64,000 nucleotides of DNA from Propionibacteriales bacterium (GTDB lineage Bacteria; Actinomycetota; Actinomycetes; Propionibacteriales; Nocardioidaceae), in contig JBBSHN010000004.1 in the NCBI GenBank assembly GCA_038252945.1, positions 357 to 64,356 on the forward strand, in the 5' to 3' direction. Both the position numbers and the translations under genes were made by a program. Positions 38,779 through 47,913 of this stretch are shown piece by piece. The notes beneath the pieces are model-generated. The model was not told the origin of the DNA and ran no database searches. It was given only the letters and a program-made list of their open reading frames with translations. Position 1 is the first letter of the stretch. Each line of letters opens with the position of its first letter.

Positions 38779-39174
38779 ATGTCAGAGCGAGCCACTTTGA
38801 AAGGCTCTCGCCTTGGTGGGACGAGCTTCGAAGACGAAACCGGCATCGAGTTCGCGCCACGTCAGCACGTCATGTACGACTGCCTCAACGGTCATGATTT
38901 TGACATACCTATGGCCGCGGACGCCGAGGTCCCCTTTGGATGGGAGTGCCCGCGGTGCGGCGCCGAGTCCCGCCAACGAGACGCCCAGCCGCCGGAGCCC
39001 AAGCTTGACCGTCCGGCACGTACGCACTGGGACATGTTGCTGGAGCGCCGGTCTATCCCTGAGCTCGAAGACATCCTCTCTGAGCGGCTCGAGTTGCTGC
39101 GCGCCGGCGTCATCGGCCCTGCTCACCTGCATCGAGGTGGCGCTCGCACGGCCAACTCAAAAAAGTCCGCCTGA
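38779..39174 (+). CDS. rbpA: RNA polymerase-binding protein RbpA
   Basis: GGGGAG precedes ATG38779. 'LKGSRLGGTSFEDE...YDCLNGHDFDIPMA...WECPRCG' and 'RTHWDMLLERRSIPELEDILSERL' are RbpA core and sigma-interaction motifs. Confidence 0.92.
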   Translation: MSERATLKGSRLGGTSFEDETGIEFAPRQHVMYDCLNGHDFDIPMAADAEVPFGWECPRCGAESRQRDAQPPEPKLDRPARTHWDMLLERRSIPELEDILSERLELLRAGVIGPAHLHRGGARTANSKKSA

Positions 39175-39193
39175 TCCCATCGCAGCAACCTAG

Positions 39194-39214
39194 TCGCAGC
39201 CTCGATAGCTGCGA
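39194..39214. terminator. Hairpin between convergent rbpA and fxsA
   Basis: TCGCAGC (39194-39200) pairs perfectly with GCTGCGA (39208-39214) across a 7-nt loop. There is no U-tract. Confidence 0.35.
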
Positions 39215-39285
39215 AGTGGGCTGTCGCCCCAAGCCGTAGAGTCGAACGTCGACCGCTTGCAGAACAAATCTCCCCGCGTCGTCGG

Positions 39286-39723
39286 CTAGTCTCCCCCTGG
39301 TCGGTGTATCTCATGCGCACCGCGCCGACGTCTGGAATAGCGACCTGCCGCGCGACGAGCAGCCCTGCGGGTCAGTGCAGACGTCACCAAGCGGCGTGCG
39401 AGTGGCCGGGTGAACGGAAGCACGAAGAAGAAGCCAAATACGTCAGTGACGAACCCCGGCGTCAGCAGCAGCGTGCCGCCGACCAGCACCAGCGCCGCGT
39501 CCATGAGCTCCCGCCCAGGCAATTGTCCGGTCGACACGGTGGTTCGGAGGGCGTCCCAGGCCCGGCGACCTTCCCTCTTGACCAGCCAACCGCCCAGAAC
39601 AGACTCAACGAGCAGAAGCGCGATCGTCGGTAGCGCGCCGATGGCCAGGCCGACCTGCACGATGATGTACAGCTCCAGGATCGGCACACCGACGAACAGC
39701 CCAACCAGCAACCAGCCGGGCAC
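39286..39723 (-). CDS. fxsA: FxsA family membrane protein
   Basis: GTG39723 lies 1 nt after the ppm1 stop. 'PILELYIIVQVG...GGWLVKREG...LLLTPGFVTD..GFFFVLPFTR' is the FxsA pattern. Confidence 0.85.
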   Translation of the reverse strand: MPGWLLVGLFVGVPILELYIIVQVGLAIGALPTIALLLVESVLGGWLVKREGRRAWDALRTTVSTGQLPGRELMDAALVLVGGTLLLTPGFVTDVFGFFFVLPFTRPLARRLVTSALTRRAARRAAGRYSRRRRGAHEIHRPGGD

Positions 39724-39724
39724 G

Positions 39725-40483
39725 TCAGGCGCTCCCGGTGTGTCGCCGCTGAAGCAGGCGGCGCACTTGCGTAAAGCGGGTCTGCAGCGCCCAGGCGGTG
39801 ACTCGGACAAGCGACTCCCGAACGATGTCACCGCTCATCTTCGACTCGCCGTACTTGCGTTCGACGAAGGTGATCGGCACCTCCGCGACCCGCAGCTCAG
39901 CCGCCAGAGTCCGGCGGGCCAGGTCAACTTGGAAGCAGTATCCCGCTGAGGCGACTGAGTCCAAGGAGATGCCCTCAAGAGTGCTGCGTCGGAAGACGCG
40001 GAAGCCGCCTGTGGCGTCGTGCAGCGGAATGCCGAGTGCGAAGCGGGTGTAGAGGTTGCCACCCCTTGACAGCAGCTTGCGCCACAGCGGCCAGTTCACC
40101 ACCCGACCTCCGGGCACCCACCGGGAGCCGAGCACCAGATCCGCAGCCGGCAGAGCCGCGAGCAGCCGAGGCAGCTCCTCGGGCGCATGAGAACCGTCGG
40201 CGTCCATCTCGACGAACACCTCATATCCACGCTGCAGTCCCCAGTCGAAGCCGGCGAGATAGGCAGCGCCGAGCCCGGCTTTGCCACTGCGGTGCAGCAC
40301 GTGAACTGACGAATCCGCCGCTGCCGCCTTGTCCGCGAGCTCCCCCGTGCCGTCTGGCGACGCGTCGTCGACAACAAGGGCGTCCGCCTGGGGCACCGCC
40401 GCACGCACCCGGTCGAGGATGAGCTCGAGGTTGTCGACCTCGTTGTAGGTCGGGATGACGACCAGCGTGCGCTCAGCGTTCAC
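39725..40483 (-). CDS. ppm1: Polyprenol-phosphate mannosyltransferase (GT2; Ppm1)
   Basis: Contains 'VVIPTYNE', 'VVDDASPDGT' and 'EMDADGSH'. ATGA overlap with lnt (40480-40483). The lnt-ppm1 pairing matches Rv2051c. Confidence 0.9.
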   Translation of the reverse strand: MNAERTLVVIPTYNEVDNLELILDRVRAAVPQADALVVDDASPDGTGELADKAAAADSSVHVLHRSGKAGLGAAYLAGFDWGLQRGYEVFVEMDADGSHAPEELPRLLAALPAADLVLGSRWVPGGRVVNWPLWRKLLSRGGNLYTRFALGIPLHDATGGFRVFRRSTLEGISLDSVASAGYCFQVDLARRTLAAELRVAEVPITFVERKYGESKMSGDIVRESLVRVTAWALQTRFTQVRRLLQRRHTGSA

Positions 40484-42000
40484 GTCGCCATCGTGCCAAT
40501 CCGCCTGGACAACCCCAAACGCGCCGCGCCCACCAGCAGGACCCCCAGCCCGCTCAGGACATCGTCAACGATTCCCCCAAACCGGACACCAAGGGTTTCA
40601 GCCGACCCGAGCTGGACCGAACTCTCCAACACCGCCTGAGTGTTGATGGCGGTCTCTGCGACCACGGACCCGTCGGGAGCGATGATGCCACTGATGCCGC
40701 TCGTCGCCGCGATCACCACGTAGCGCCCGGTTTCAATCGCCCGATACCTCGAGATCGCGAACTGCTGGCCCAACTGATCCGTGCCTGTGTACGTCGCGTT
40801 GTTCGTCTGTACAACGATCAGCTCAGCACCTCCTGCGACGTCGTCGCGGATCAGTCCGTCGTACGCCACCTCGAAGCAGATCACGTCACCGATACGAGCC
40901 GGTCCAAGCTGTAGAACTCCCGGCGTGGAGCCCGGAGCGAAGTCCACTGGAATCTGGCGGAGACGCTTGATAAAGCCGACGAGCACGCTGCGGAATGGGA
41001 TGTACTCCCCGAACGGGACGAGATGCTGCTTCACGTACCGTTTTCCCGGCCCGCTATGTGGATCCCACACGATGCCGACGTTCTGCACGTGACTCTTGTC
41101 CGGTCCAGCCACCACAGCGCCAATCAGCGTCGGAGACTTCACGGCTCGCACCGCCGCGTTGATCTCGGCGTACACGGAGGGGTCACCGAACGGGTCGATG
41201 TCTGTGGAGTTCTCTGGCCACACCACGAAGTCCGGCTGCTGAGCCTTGCCGGCCGCTACCCTCGCGGCCAGCTGATGCGTGGCGGCTGCATGGTTGTCGA
41301 GCACAGCCCGACGTTCCGCGAACGGATCCATGCCCCGACCCGGCACGTTGCCCTGGACTGCGGCGATGGTCACCGGCTGGCCGCCGCCGGCGAGGCCAAC
41401 GGGCACCAAGGCGGCTCCGCCGGCGACTGCCGCTCCGGCCACGAGACACACAACCGTGTACAGGTCAGCGCGTCGGCGCAGAACTGCTGCCAGGACCAAG
41501 GCGACAGCCAACACGGTCGCGAAGGCGACCAGCTCCGCGCCGCCCACCCGGCCGTAGCGGACCAACGGAGTGTCGACCAAGGCAAACGCAAGGCGCCCCC
41601 AGGGCAGTCCTCCCAACGGCACGAAACTGCGCAGCTCCTCAATCGCCACCCAGCTAGCGGCCATGCCGACCGGCCACCAGGGCGTTCCGCGTAACCACGT
41701 CCACCCCCAGCCGAGGAGTCCGAGAAAGACAGCCTCGACAGTGCTCACCGCGACCCACGCGTCTGCTCCGATGACGGTGAGCCAGCGCAGGAGCGGCAGC
41801 AGAAGTGCGAGGCCGAACACGAAGCCCACGATGAACCCGAGGCCACCGCGTCGTCGCGGAATGGCCAGCATGAGTCCAGCGAGTCCTACCGGCAGCAGCT
41901 CCCAGTCGCCGGACGGAGCAAACGCCCAGGCTCCCGCGAGGCCGCTGAGCAACGCCACAATCGCCCGCCAGAGCACGTCGGCGCCTGGGAGGCGGGGCAT
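40480..42000 (-). CDS. lnt: Apolipoprotein N-acyltransferase
   Basis: Track ORF trimmed to ATG42000. A multi-TM N-terminal half is followed by the CN-hydrolase triad context 'FVVWPENS', 'YVKQHLVPFGEYIP' and 'DVICFEVAY'. Confidence 0.85.
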   Translation of the reverse strand: MPRLPGADVLWRAIVALLSGLAGAWAFAPSGDWELLPVGLAGLMLAIPRRRGGLGFIVGFVFGLALLLPLLRWLTVIGADAWVAVSTVEAVFLGLLGWGWTWLRGTPWWPVGMAASWVAIEELRSFVPLGGLPWGRLAFALVDTPLVRYGRVGGAELVAFATVLAVALVLAAVLRRRADLYTVVCLVAGAAVAGGAALVPVGLAGGGQPVTIAAVQGNVPGRGMDPFAERRAVLDNHAAATHQLAARVAAGKAQQPDFVVWPENSTDIDPFGDPSVYAEINAAVRAVKSPTLIGAVVAGPDKSHVQNVGIVWDPHSGPGKRYVKQHLVPFGEYIPFRSVLVGFIKRLRQIPVDFAPGSTPGVLQLGPARIGDVICFEVAYDGLIRDDVAGGAELIVVQTNNATYTGTDQLGQQFAISRYRAIETGRYVVIAATSGISGIIAPDGSVVAETAINTQAVLESSVQLGSAETLGVRFGGIVDDVLSGLGVLLVGAARLGLSRRIGTMAT

Positions 42001-42414
42001 GGCCGCGACACTACCGGCGAAAGGAGCCTGCTTCACCGAAAACGGCAGGAGCCCGATCCCCTTCGGACCGAGCGCTGCGTCACCGGTTGTGACGTCACGC
42101 GCCCGTTGTCTACTGGGGACCGAGCTCCGTCCGGGTCCGCCCACCTTCAAGGCCAGCACCCGCCGGGTCGCACCGCTGCCGGTTGTGGAGTGGAGCACCA
42201 CAACGGAACGACCCCACGACGGCGGTCCCTCTGGTGACCTGCTGTTGCGGACTTTTCGGCACCTTGGCAACTGCACGAGGGCCTTGTCAACCAGCCTCTG
42301 AACAGGGCTTACCCGGCGAACAGCGAGGTCAGGCGAATGGCCTCGGTCGAGCACTTTTTTGGCTCGGCTCCCGCGTACCCGCGTGTTAGCCGACGCCACG
42401 CCGACGTCGAGTTA

Positions 42415-42807
42415 CTAGTGACCAGGCACCACGACGACGCCGGTAGCTCGGGTGGCCACCAGGGGCTGGTCGAGGACCTGGGCGGCGGACGGGCTGGAGT
42501 CGGGAAGAGCCCGGCAGACCACCCGGAGCTCGAAGTCGAGGGTGCGGGAGCGTCTGCCGACTCGGGAGACCACCGCCTCGGCCTCGACCACGTCGCCGGC
42601 ATGCACAGCCGCCGAGAACTGGACGTCACTGTAGGAAGCGAAGAGCCCTTCATCGCCGTCGGTGCGGATGCAAAGCTCCGTGGCGGCGTCACCGAACATC
42701 TGCAGGCTGAAGGCGCCGTCGACGAGATTGCCCCCGTAGTGGGCGTGGGAGTAGTCGACGTAGCGTCGATGAGTGACCGATGCCCCGAGCTTTGGGTCGT
42801 CGCTCAC
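42415..42807 (-). CDS. kal: Hot-dog-fold protein, probable 3-aminobutyryl-CoA ammonia-lyase
   Basis: 130 aa. GTGA overlap with the kamE stop. 'HYGGNLVDGAFSLQMFGDAATEL' is present. The size, the position as last gene of the kam operon and the fold expectation match Kal. Confidence 0.6.
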   Translation of the reverse strand: MSDDPKLGASVTHRRYVDYSHAHYGGNLVDGAFSLQMFGDAATELCIRTDGDEGLFASYSDVQFSAAVHAGDVVEAEAVVSRVGRRSRTLDFELRVVCRALPDSSPSAAQVLDQPLVATRATGVVVVPGH

Positions 42808-43583
42808 TGCTGCCGCACCTGCTGAGGACGAAGCGGGGAGGTCACGAGAGCATGAACCAGATAGCTGGCGACGTCACCTGGGGTCGTGCCCCGGGCGAAG
42901 ATGCGGTCGACTCCGAGCTCGGCTGTCTGGCGCTCCTCGAAGCGTGGGCCTCCCACGATGAGGAGCGGCAGGGTCTCGGCCGGATAGGCCTCACGGAACG
43001 CCGCCGACATCTCCTTGGTGTTGAGCAGGTGCGCGTCGCGCTGTGTCACGACTTGCGAGACCAGTACGGCGTCCGCTCGCTCCTCCTGTGCTCGGGCCAC
43101 TAGCTCGGGTACGGACACCTGCGCTCCGAGGTTGACCACCTTGATCTCCCGGTAGTACTCCAGCCCCTTCTCCCCGGCGAACCCCTTGATGCTGAGGATG
43201 GCGTCGATGCCTACCGTGTGAGCGTCGGTGCCGATGCATCCTCCGACAACCACCAGGCGGCGGTGCAGGCCGCGCTTGATAGCGGCGTTGACCTCCTTAG
43301 CCGACAGGTGCAGGTAGTCGCGCTCCACCACTTCGACCGCGCGAAGATCGACGAGGTGGTGCACGCGGCCGTAGACGATGAAGAACGTGAAGTCAGGCCC
43401 AACCGCCTTGGCGTGCGCAACGAGTACAGGGTCCAGGCCCATCTTCGAACCCAGCTGAGCGGCGGCACCCTCGGCGCGCTTGTCGTGCGGGATGGGGAGG
43501 GTGAAGGACAGTTGCACCATGCCGTCACCGGTGGTGTCGCCGTACGGCCGGAGAATCGGCCCGGAAGCCGAGGTGGTGGTCAT
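42804..43583 (-). CDS. kamE: Lysine 5,6-aminomutase beta subunit (cobalamin/PLP-binding)
   Basis: The N-terminal 'ILRPYGDTTGDGMVQLSFTLP' and 'VVGGCIGTDAHTVG' (DxHxxG B12 motif) are present. ATGA overlap with kamD. Confidence 0.85.
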   Translation of the reverse strand: MTTTSASGPILRPYGDTTGDGMVQLSFTLPIPHDKRAEGAAAQLGSKMGLDPVLVAHAKAVGPDFTFFIVYGRVHHLVDLRAVEVVERDYLHLSAKEVNAAIKRGLHRRLVVVGGCIGTDAHTVGIDAILSIKGFAGEKGLEYYREIKVVNLGAQVSVPELVARAQEERADAVLVSQVVTQRDAHLLNTKEMSAAFREAYPAETLPLLIVGGPRFEERQTAELGVDRIFARGTTPGDVASYLVHALVTSPLRPQQVRQQ

Positions 43584-45163
43584 GCCGTCGCTGCCAGCAG
43601 CTCGCTGGCCGGGTTGTAATAGTCGTCGGCCTTGCGCGCCACTCCCCCCAGCCCCTTGCCTGCGTCGGCTGGCCGCTTCATCAGTCCGAAAGTGCCGTCG
43701 GCGATCGCGTCGAGCAGTCCGTTGTCGTGAGCGAGGATCTTCTCCAGTAGCTCAATCGACTCGCTGAGCACCTGCCGCGCGCGTGTGCCGATGAAGCCGT
43801 CAGGGTCGGGTTTGAAGTCCTCGGCCAGCCCACTGGCGGCGTTGACGACGTACCGGACGTTCCCGAGAGCGAGATCGCGGTCGGAGAGCCACGGTGTGAC
43901 CACTGCCTCTGTCATCATGCCGACGAGAAGAATGTCTTGGCCGGTGAGAACACCTGCGAGGTTGAAGAATGCGTTGAGGAGATAGCCGCGGAAGATGTCG
44001 CCAGTCATGTGCCGCGTCGGCGGCATCCACTTCATCGGCGCGTCAGGGAAAAGCTCACGGGCGAGCAGCGCATGTGCCAGCTCCAGCCGGAAGCTGTCCG
44101 GCAGCGAGGGGTCGATCTCGAACGCGTGGCCAAGACCGAGCTGCCAGTCGGCGAGCCCCGCCTCCTTAGCGAAGTACTCGTTGAGCAGCTGGCTCACGGT
44201 CACCGTGTGGGCGGCCTCGACCGCATCGCTCGTGGTGAGGTAGTTGTCTTCGCCGGTGTTGATGATGATGCCAGCACGAGCGTGCACTTGGCGGCTGAAC
44301 CGCTGGTCGACGAAGGTCCGGATCGGGTTGATGTCGCGGAACAAGATGCCGTACATCGAGTCGTTGAGCATCATGTCGAGCCGCTCGAGGCCCGCAAGCG
44401 CAGCAATCTCCGGCATACACAGTCCTGAGGCGTAGTTCGTGAGACGCACGTATCTGCCAAGCTCACGGCTCGTCTCGTCGAGCGCAGCGCGCATAAGCCG
44501 GAAATTTTCCTGCGTCGCATAGGTGCCGGCGAAGCCCTCTCTGGTGGCTCCTTCGGGAACGTAGTCGAGCAGCGACTGGCCGGTGGACCGGATCACCGCG
44601 ATGACGTCGGCGCCTTCTCGCGCGGCCGCCTGTGCCTGCGGAATGTCTTCGTAGATGTCGCCGGACGCCACGATGAGGTAGACCCACGGCTTGGTAGGCG
44701 GGTCGCCCCAGCGCTTGACGAGCCGCTCCCGCTCCCTTCGCCGGGCGTCGACGCGGCGCAGGCCGGTTCGTACGGCGGACTTGGCGGCGCTGCGGGCACG
44801 AGTCGCGTCGCGACCTTGCGGCACAGAGAACCGGAGATCTCCTCCTGCCGCCTTGGCCGCAAGCGTGTGCAGATCAGCACCCGCGGTGATCATCGCGTGC
44901 CACACCGGCAGCGCGATGCCGTGCTCGAGCCCGACGTCGGCGCGTGCGGCATCGATGAGCCGATTCACCCACGGTGTGCCGTCGGTGTCTCCACCAGCAA
45001 GTCCCGCCAGGCGCAACGTCGCCCGCTCGACCGACACCGTGGTGTGCTCCTGAGCCAGCGTGACGATCGGCGCACCGGCACGTGCGGCCAGCCGACGGGC
45101 CCGCCGTACAGTCGCCGGATCGAGACGGAGTTTGCTTGTCGTCTTCGCCGCCGTCATGGGCAT
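43580..45163 (-). CDS. kamD: Lysine 5,6-aminomutase alpha subunit
   Basis: About 525 aa. 'NDSMYGILFRDINP', 'NTGEDNYLTTSDA' and pairing with kamE support the call. The start is ATG45163 or ATG45157; the latter gives an ATGA overlap with the upstream stop. Confidence 0.8.
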   Translation of the reverse strand: MPMTAAKTTSKLRLDPATVRRARRLAARAGAPIVTLAQEHTTVSVERATLRLAGLAGGDTDGTPWVNRLIDAARADVGLEHGIALPVWHAMITAGADLHTLAAKAAGGDLRFSVPQGRDATRARSAAKSAVRTGLRRVDARRRERERLVKRWGDPPTKPWVYLIVASGDIYEDIPQAQAAAREGADVIAVIRSTGQSLLDYVPEGATREGFAGTYATQENFRLMRAALDETSRELGRYVRLTNYASGLCMPEIAALAGLERLDMMLNDSMYGILFRDINPIRTFVDQRFSRQVHARAGIIINTGEDNYLTTSDAVEAAHTVTVSQLLNEYFAKEAGLADWQLGLGHAFEIDPSLPDSFRLELAHALLARELFPDAPMKWMPPTRHMTGDIFRGYLLNAFFNLAGVLTGQDILLVGMMTEAVVTPWLSDRDLALGNVRYVVNAASGLAEDFKPDPDGFIGTRARQVLSESIELLEKILAHDNGLLDAIADGTFGLMKRPADAGKGLGGVARKADDYYNPASELLAATA

Positions 45164-46728
45164 CCCTTCGCCGTCAGTTCGTCAAATACCACAGTGCCAG
45201 ACACCACCGTCTCAAGGCAGCGCGGAACGGCCGCTTCGTCGGTGAGATCGGGAAGGCCGTCGACGAGATCACCCGAAACATCCCAGACGGCGTACGTCGC
45301 TGGCTTCCCTGGGGCAAGCACGCCGTGGCCGTCGCGTCGAGCCGCCGAATGACCGCCGGTGGTCGCAGCCGCGAACGCCACTTGCGGCTTCAGCCGCTCG
45401 TCCGGATTGTTGTGGTGCACCGCCGCGCGCACGCCAGCCCAGGGAGCCAACGGTGTCACCGGACTGTCGGAGCCAAAGGCCAGTCCGACACCGGCATCGG
45501 CCAACGTGGCGAACGGGTTCATCCCCTCGGCGCGGAAGCGGCCGAGCCGCTGCTCGTAGAGACCGCCAGGACCACCCCAGGTTGCATCGAAGGCTGGTTG
45601 GACGCTCGCCGTGACCCCAAGGTGGGCCAACGTCCTGATCGCCGCAACCGACGGCATCTCGACATGCTCCAGCCGGTGCCGGCTCGCCGCCAGTGCTGAG
45701 CGCCCGACCGTCTGCTCGGCAGCTCGCAGACCGGCTATGACCTCGTCGAGCGCGCGGTCGCCGATGACGTGGAAGCCTGCCTGAAGGCCGCGCTCAGTGC
45801 AGAAGATGAGGTGAGACGCGATCTCGTCAGCGTCCAGGTACAGATAGCCGGTGCTGTTGGAATCGGCGTACGGCTCCCTCAATCCGGCCGTACGCGAGCC
45901 GATGGACCCGTCGACGCATAAGTCACCGGCGAAGCCGAGGACGGCGTCAGCCGGGACGTTGCCACCGTGCAGCTCTCCCCAGTAGCAGATCACCTCAGGG
46001 AGCGGCTCAGTCTCAGCCAGCTCCGCGAGAAGCATCCAGTCGTCGACAGGCGCGATGTGAGGCGCGTTCAGCTCGTGGAGGGTGCCGATGCCCCGACTCG
46101 CGGCGCACCGCAGTGCCAACAGCAGCGCCTCGCGCCGCTTCTCAGTCGTCCACAGCCCGTGAAGGGCGGCTCGTGCAGCATGATGCGCCTCCCGCTCGAC
46201 GACCCCGTCGCCGCGCCAGCCGGGCTTGCGTGCCATGCCTGCGTCCCGCTCGAGTAGCGCTGAGGACACTGCGGCCGAGTGTGAGTCCACGCGTGCGGCG
46301 TACACGACTCGCCCTGCTGTGCAGCCGTCCAGGTCTGCCATCGTGAGGGGACGGCGCTCCGGCCAGGTGGACTCGTCCCAGCCGGAGGCGAACACCGCGC
46401 TGTCCGGCGGAAGCTCTGCGGCGTAGCTGGCGAGGCGCTCCAGAGCGACTGAGAGCGAGTCGCACGAGGAGAGGTCCAGTGTGCTGAGCGCCTGACCAGT
46501 CATCGACAGGTGCACGTGGGCGTCGACGAAGGCCGGGGTGACGAAGCGACCGTCGAGGTCGACGATGTCGTTGACGGAACCGGCAACGGACTCCGCCTCG
46601 GTCTCTGTCCCCACCCACTCGATGTCTGAGCCGGTCACGAGCATGGCCGTCGCGGGGGGGCCGGCCGGTGCGTAGATGCACCCACGTCGCAGCAGCACCC
46701 GCCGGCCGTCTTCTGCCTCGGTGGTCAC
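45154..46728 (-). CDS. Amidohydrolase-family (Amidohydro_3/YtcJ-like) metal-dependent hydrolase
   Basis: 'TPAFVDAHVHLSMTG' is the HxH metal motif. 524 aa. GTGA overlap with the kdd stop (46725-46728). Confidence 0.75.
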   Translation of the reverse strand: MTTEAEDGRRVLLRRGCIYAPAGPPATAMLVTGSDIEWVGTETEAESVAGSVNDIVDLDGRFVTPAFVDAHVHLSMTGQALSTLDLSSCDSLSVALERLASYAAELPPDSAVFASGWDESTWPERRPLTMADLDGCTAGRVVYAARVDSHSAAVSSALLERDAGMARKPGWRGDGVVEREAHHAARAALHGLWTTEKRREALLLALRCAASRGIGTLHELNAPHIAPVDDWMLLAELAETEPLPEVICYWGELHGGNVPADAVLGFAGDLCVDGSIGSRTAGLREPYADSNSTGYLYLDADEIASHLIFCTERGLQAGFHVIGDRALDEVIAGLRAAEQTVGRSALAASRHRLEHVEMPSVAAIRTLAHLGVTASVQPAFDATWGGPGGLYEQRLGRFRAEGMNPFATLADAGVGLAFGSDSPVTPLAPWAGVRAAVHHNNPDERLKPQVAFAAATTGGHSAARRDGHGVLAPGKPATYAVWDVSGDLVDGLPDLTDEAAVPRCLETVVSGTVVFDELTAKGCP

Positions 46729-47777
46729 TGCGCCGCCTCGTGCTCCAGTCGTAGCTCGAACAATCGCCGCACGCCCGGATGTGAGCGCATGAGCTGTACG
46801 GCGTAGTCGGCGTGCCCCCGCACGTACCCGTTGCCGATCAGCATGGTGATGTCAGCGGCCAAGCCCTCGGCGCCCAGGGCCGCCGCCGAGAACGACGTGG
46901 CCATCGAGAAGAAGATCACGGTGCCGTTTTCCGCCGTACTGAGAATGGCTCCCCCTTCGCATCCCGGTACGTCGACGCAGACGACCGTGATGTCGGCCGG
47001 TTCCCCCGACTTTTGCAACGCGCGAGAGGCGGCGACCGGGTCGCGCGCATCCGCGATGACGACCTCGTCGCAGAGCTCCTTGTCTGACAGCAGATCGGCC
47101 TCTCGCTGCACAGGGACCAGCGCGACCGTCCTGGTGGCTCCCGCGTCACGAGCCGCGGCCAACGCCAACGATCCGCTCTTTCCGGCGCCGCCTATCACGC
47201 AAACTGTCACCTTCGGCTGCCGCTCGAGGTATTGACACACGACCCGAGCGGTCAAAGCCGGAGCGCCGCAGACGTCCATGCACGCCAGAGCGAGCGGCAT
47301 CGGCAGGTCCTCCGGCACCACCGCGGCGATCGAGCGGCCGAAGAGAATCGCATATCCCTCACACGGCACCTGCTCGCTGGTTCCATCCCAGCGAGTGAGC
47401 TCATCGGTGAGGAAGAGCGGGGTAAGAGTGAGCGACACCAAGGTCGCGATGAGATCTCCACGGTGCAGGCCGAGCGGGGACTGCGGTCCCACCTCATCCA
47501 CCGTCCCGAGGAGCATTCCTCCCGAGCCGGTGACCGGGTTGTGCATCTTGCCGCGGCGCGTGACGATGTCGAGCACCTCGGCTCGCACCGCCACACCATC
47601 GCCGCCGTGCTTCGTCCAGAGCTGCCGAAACGAGGCCGCATCCAGATTGAGCCGGGAAACACGCACGCGCACCTCGTCAGGCCACAGCGTCGATCTCGTG
47701 TCGAGGCGCTCGGCTGTCTGGGGAAGCACGCCGGGGGGCGACAGAACACGATGTAGCCCGGTCGGGTCGGACGACAT
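46725..47777 (-). CDS. kdd: L-erythro-3,5-diaminohexanoate dehydrogenase
   Basis: Track ORF trimmed to ATG47777, 5 nt after AGGAAGG. 'GLHRVLSPPGVLPQTAERLD' resembles the Kdd N-terminus as I recall it. The Rossmann motif is 'VIGGAGKSGS'. Confidence 0.75.
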   Translation of the reverse strand: MSSDPTGLHRVLSPPGVLPQTAERLDTRSTLWPDEVRVRVSRLNLDAASFRQLWTKHGGDGVAVRAEVLDIVTRRGKMHNPVTGSGGMLLGTVDEVGPQSPLGLHRGDLIATLVSLTLTPLFLTDELTRWDGTSEQVPCEGYAILFGRSIAAVVPEDLPMPLALACMDVCGAPALTARVVCQYLERQPKVTVCVIGGAGKSGSLALAAARDAGATRTVALVPVQREADLLSDKELCDEVVIADARDPVAASRALQKSGEPADITVVCVDVPGCEGGAILSTAENGTVIFFSMATSFSAAALGAEGLAADITMLIGNGYVRGHADYAVQLMRSHPGVRRLFELRLEHEAAQ

Positions 47778-47913
47778 GCAAACCTTCCTATGGCGAGTGC
47801 AGCACAAGCGAGATCTTGCGGCGCGGCATTGATATAACCGGACGTTCTCCCGTACTCTGGCAGATGGGAGCCATGTCGTTCAACCAAATGCTCCCCCATC
47901 CTGCTGCGCCGTC

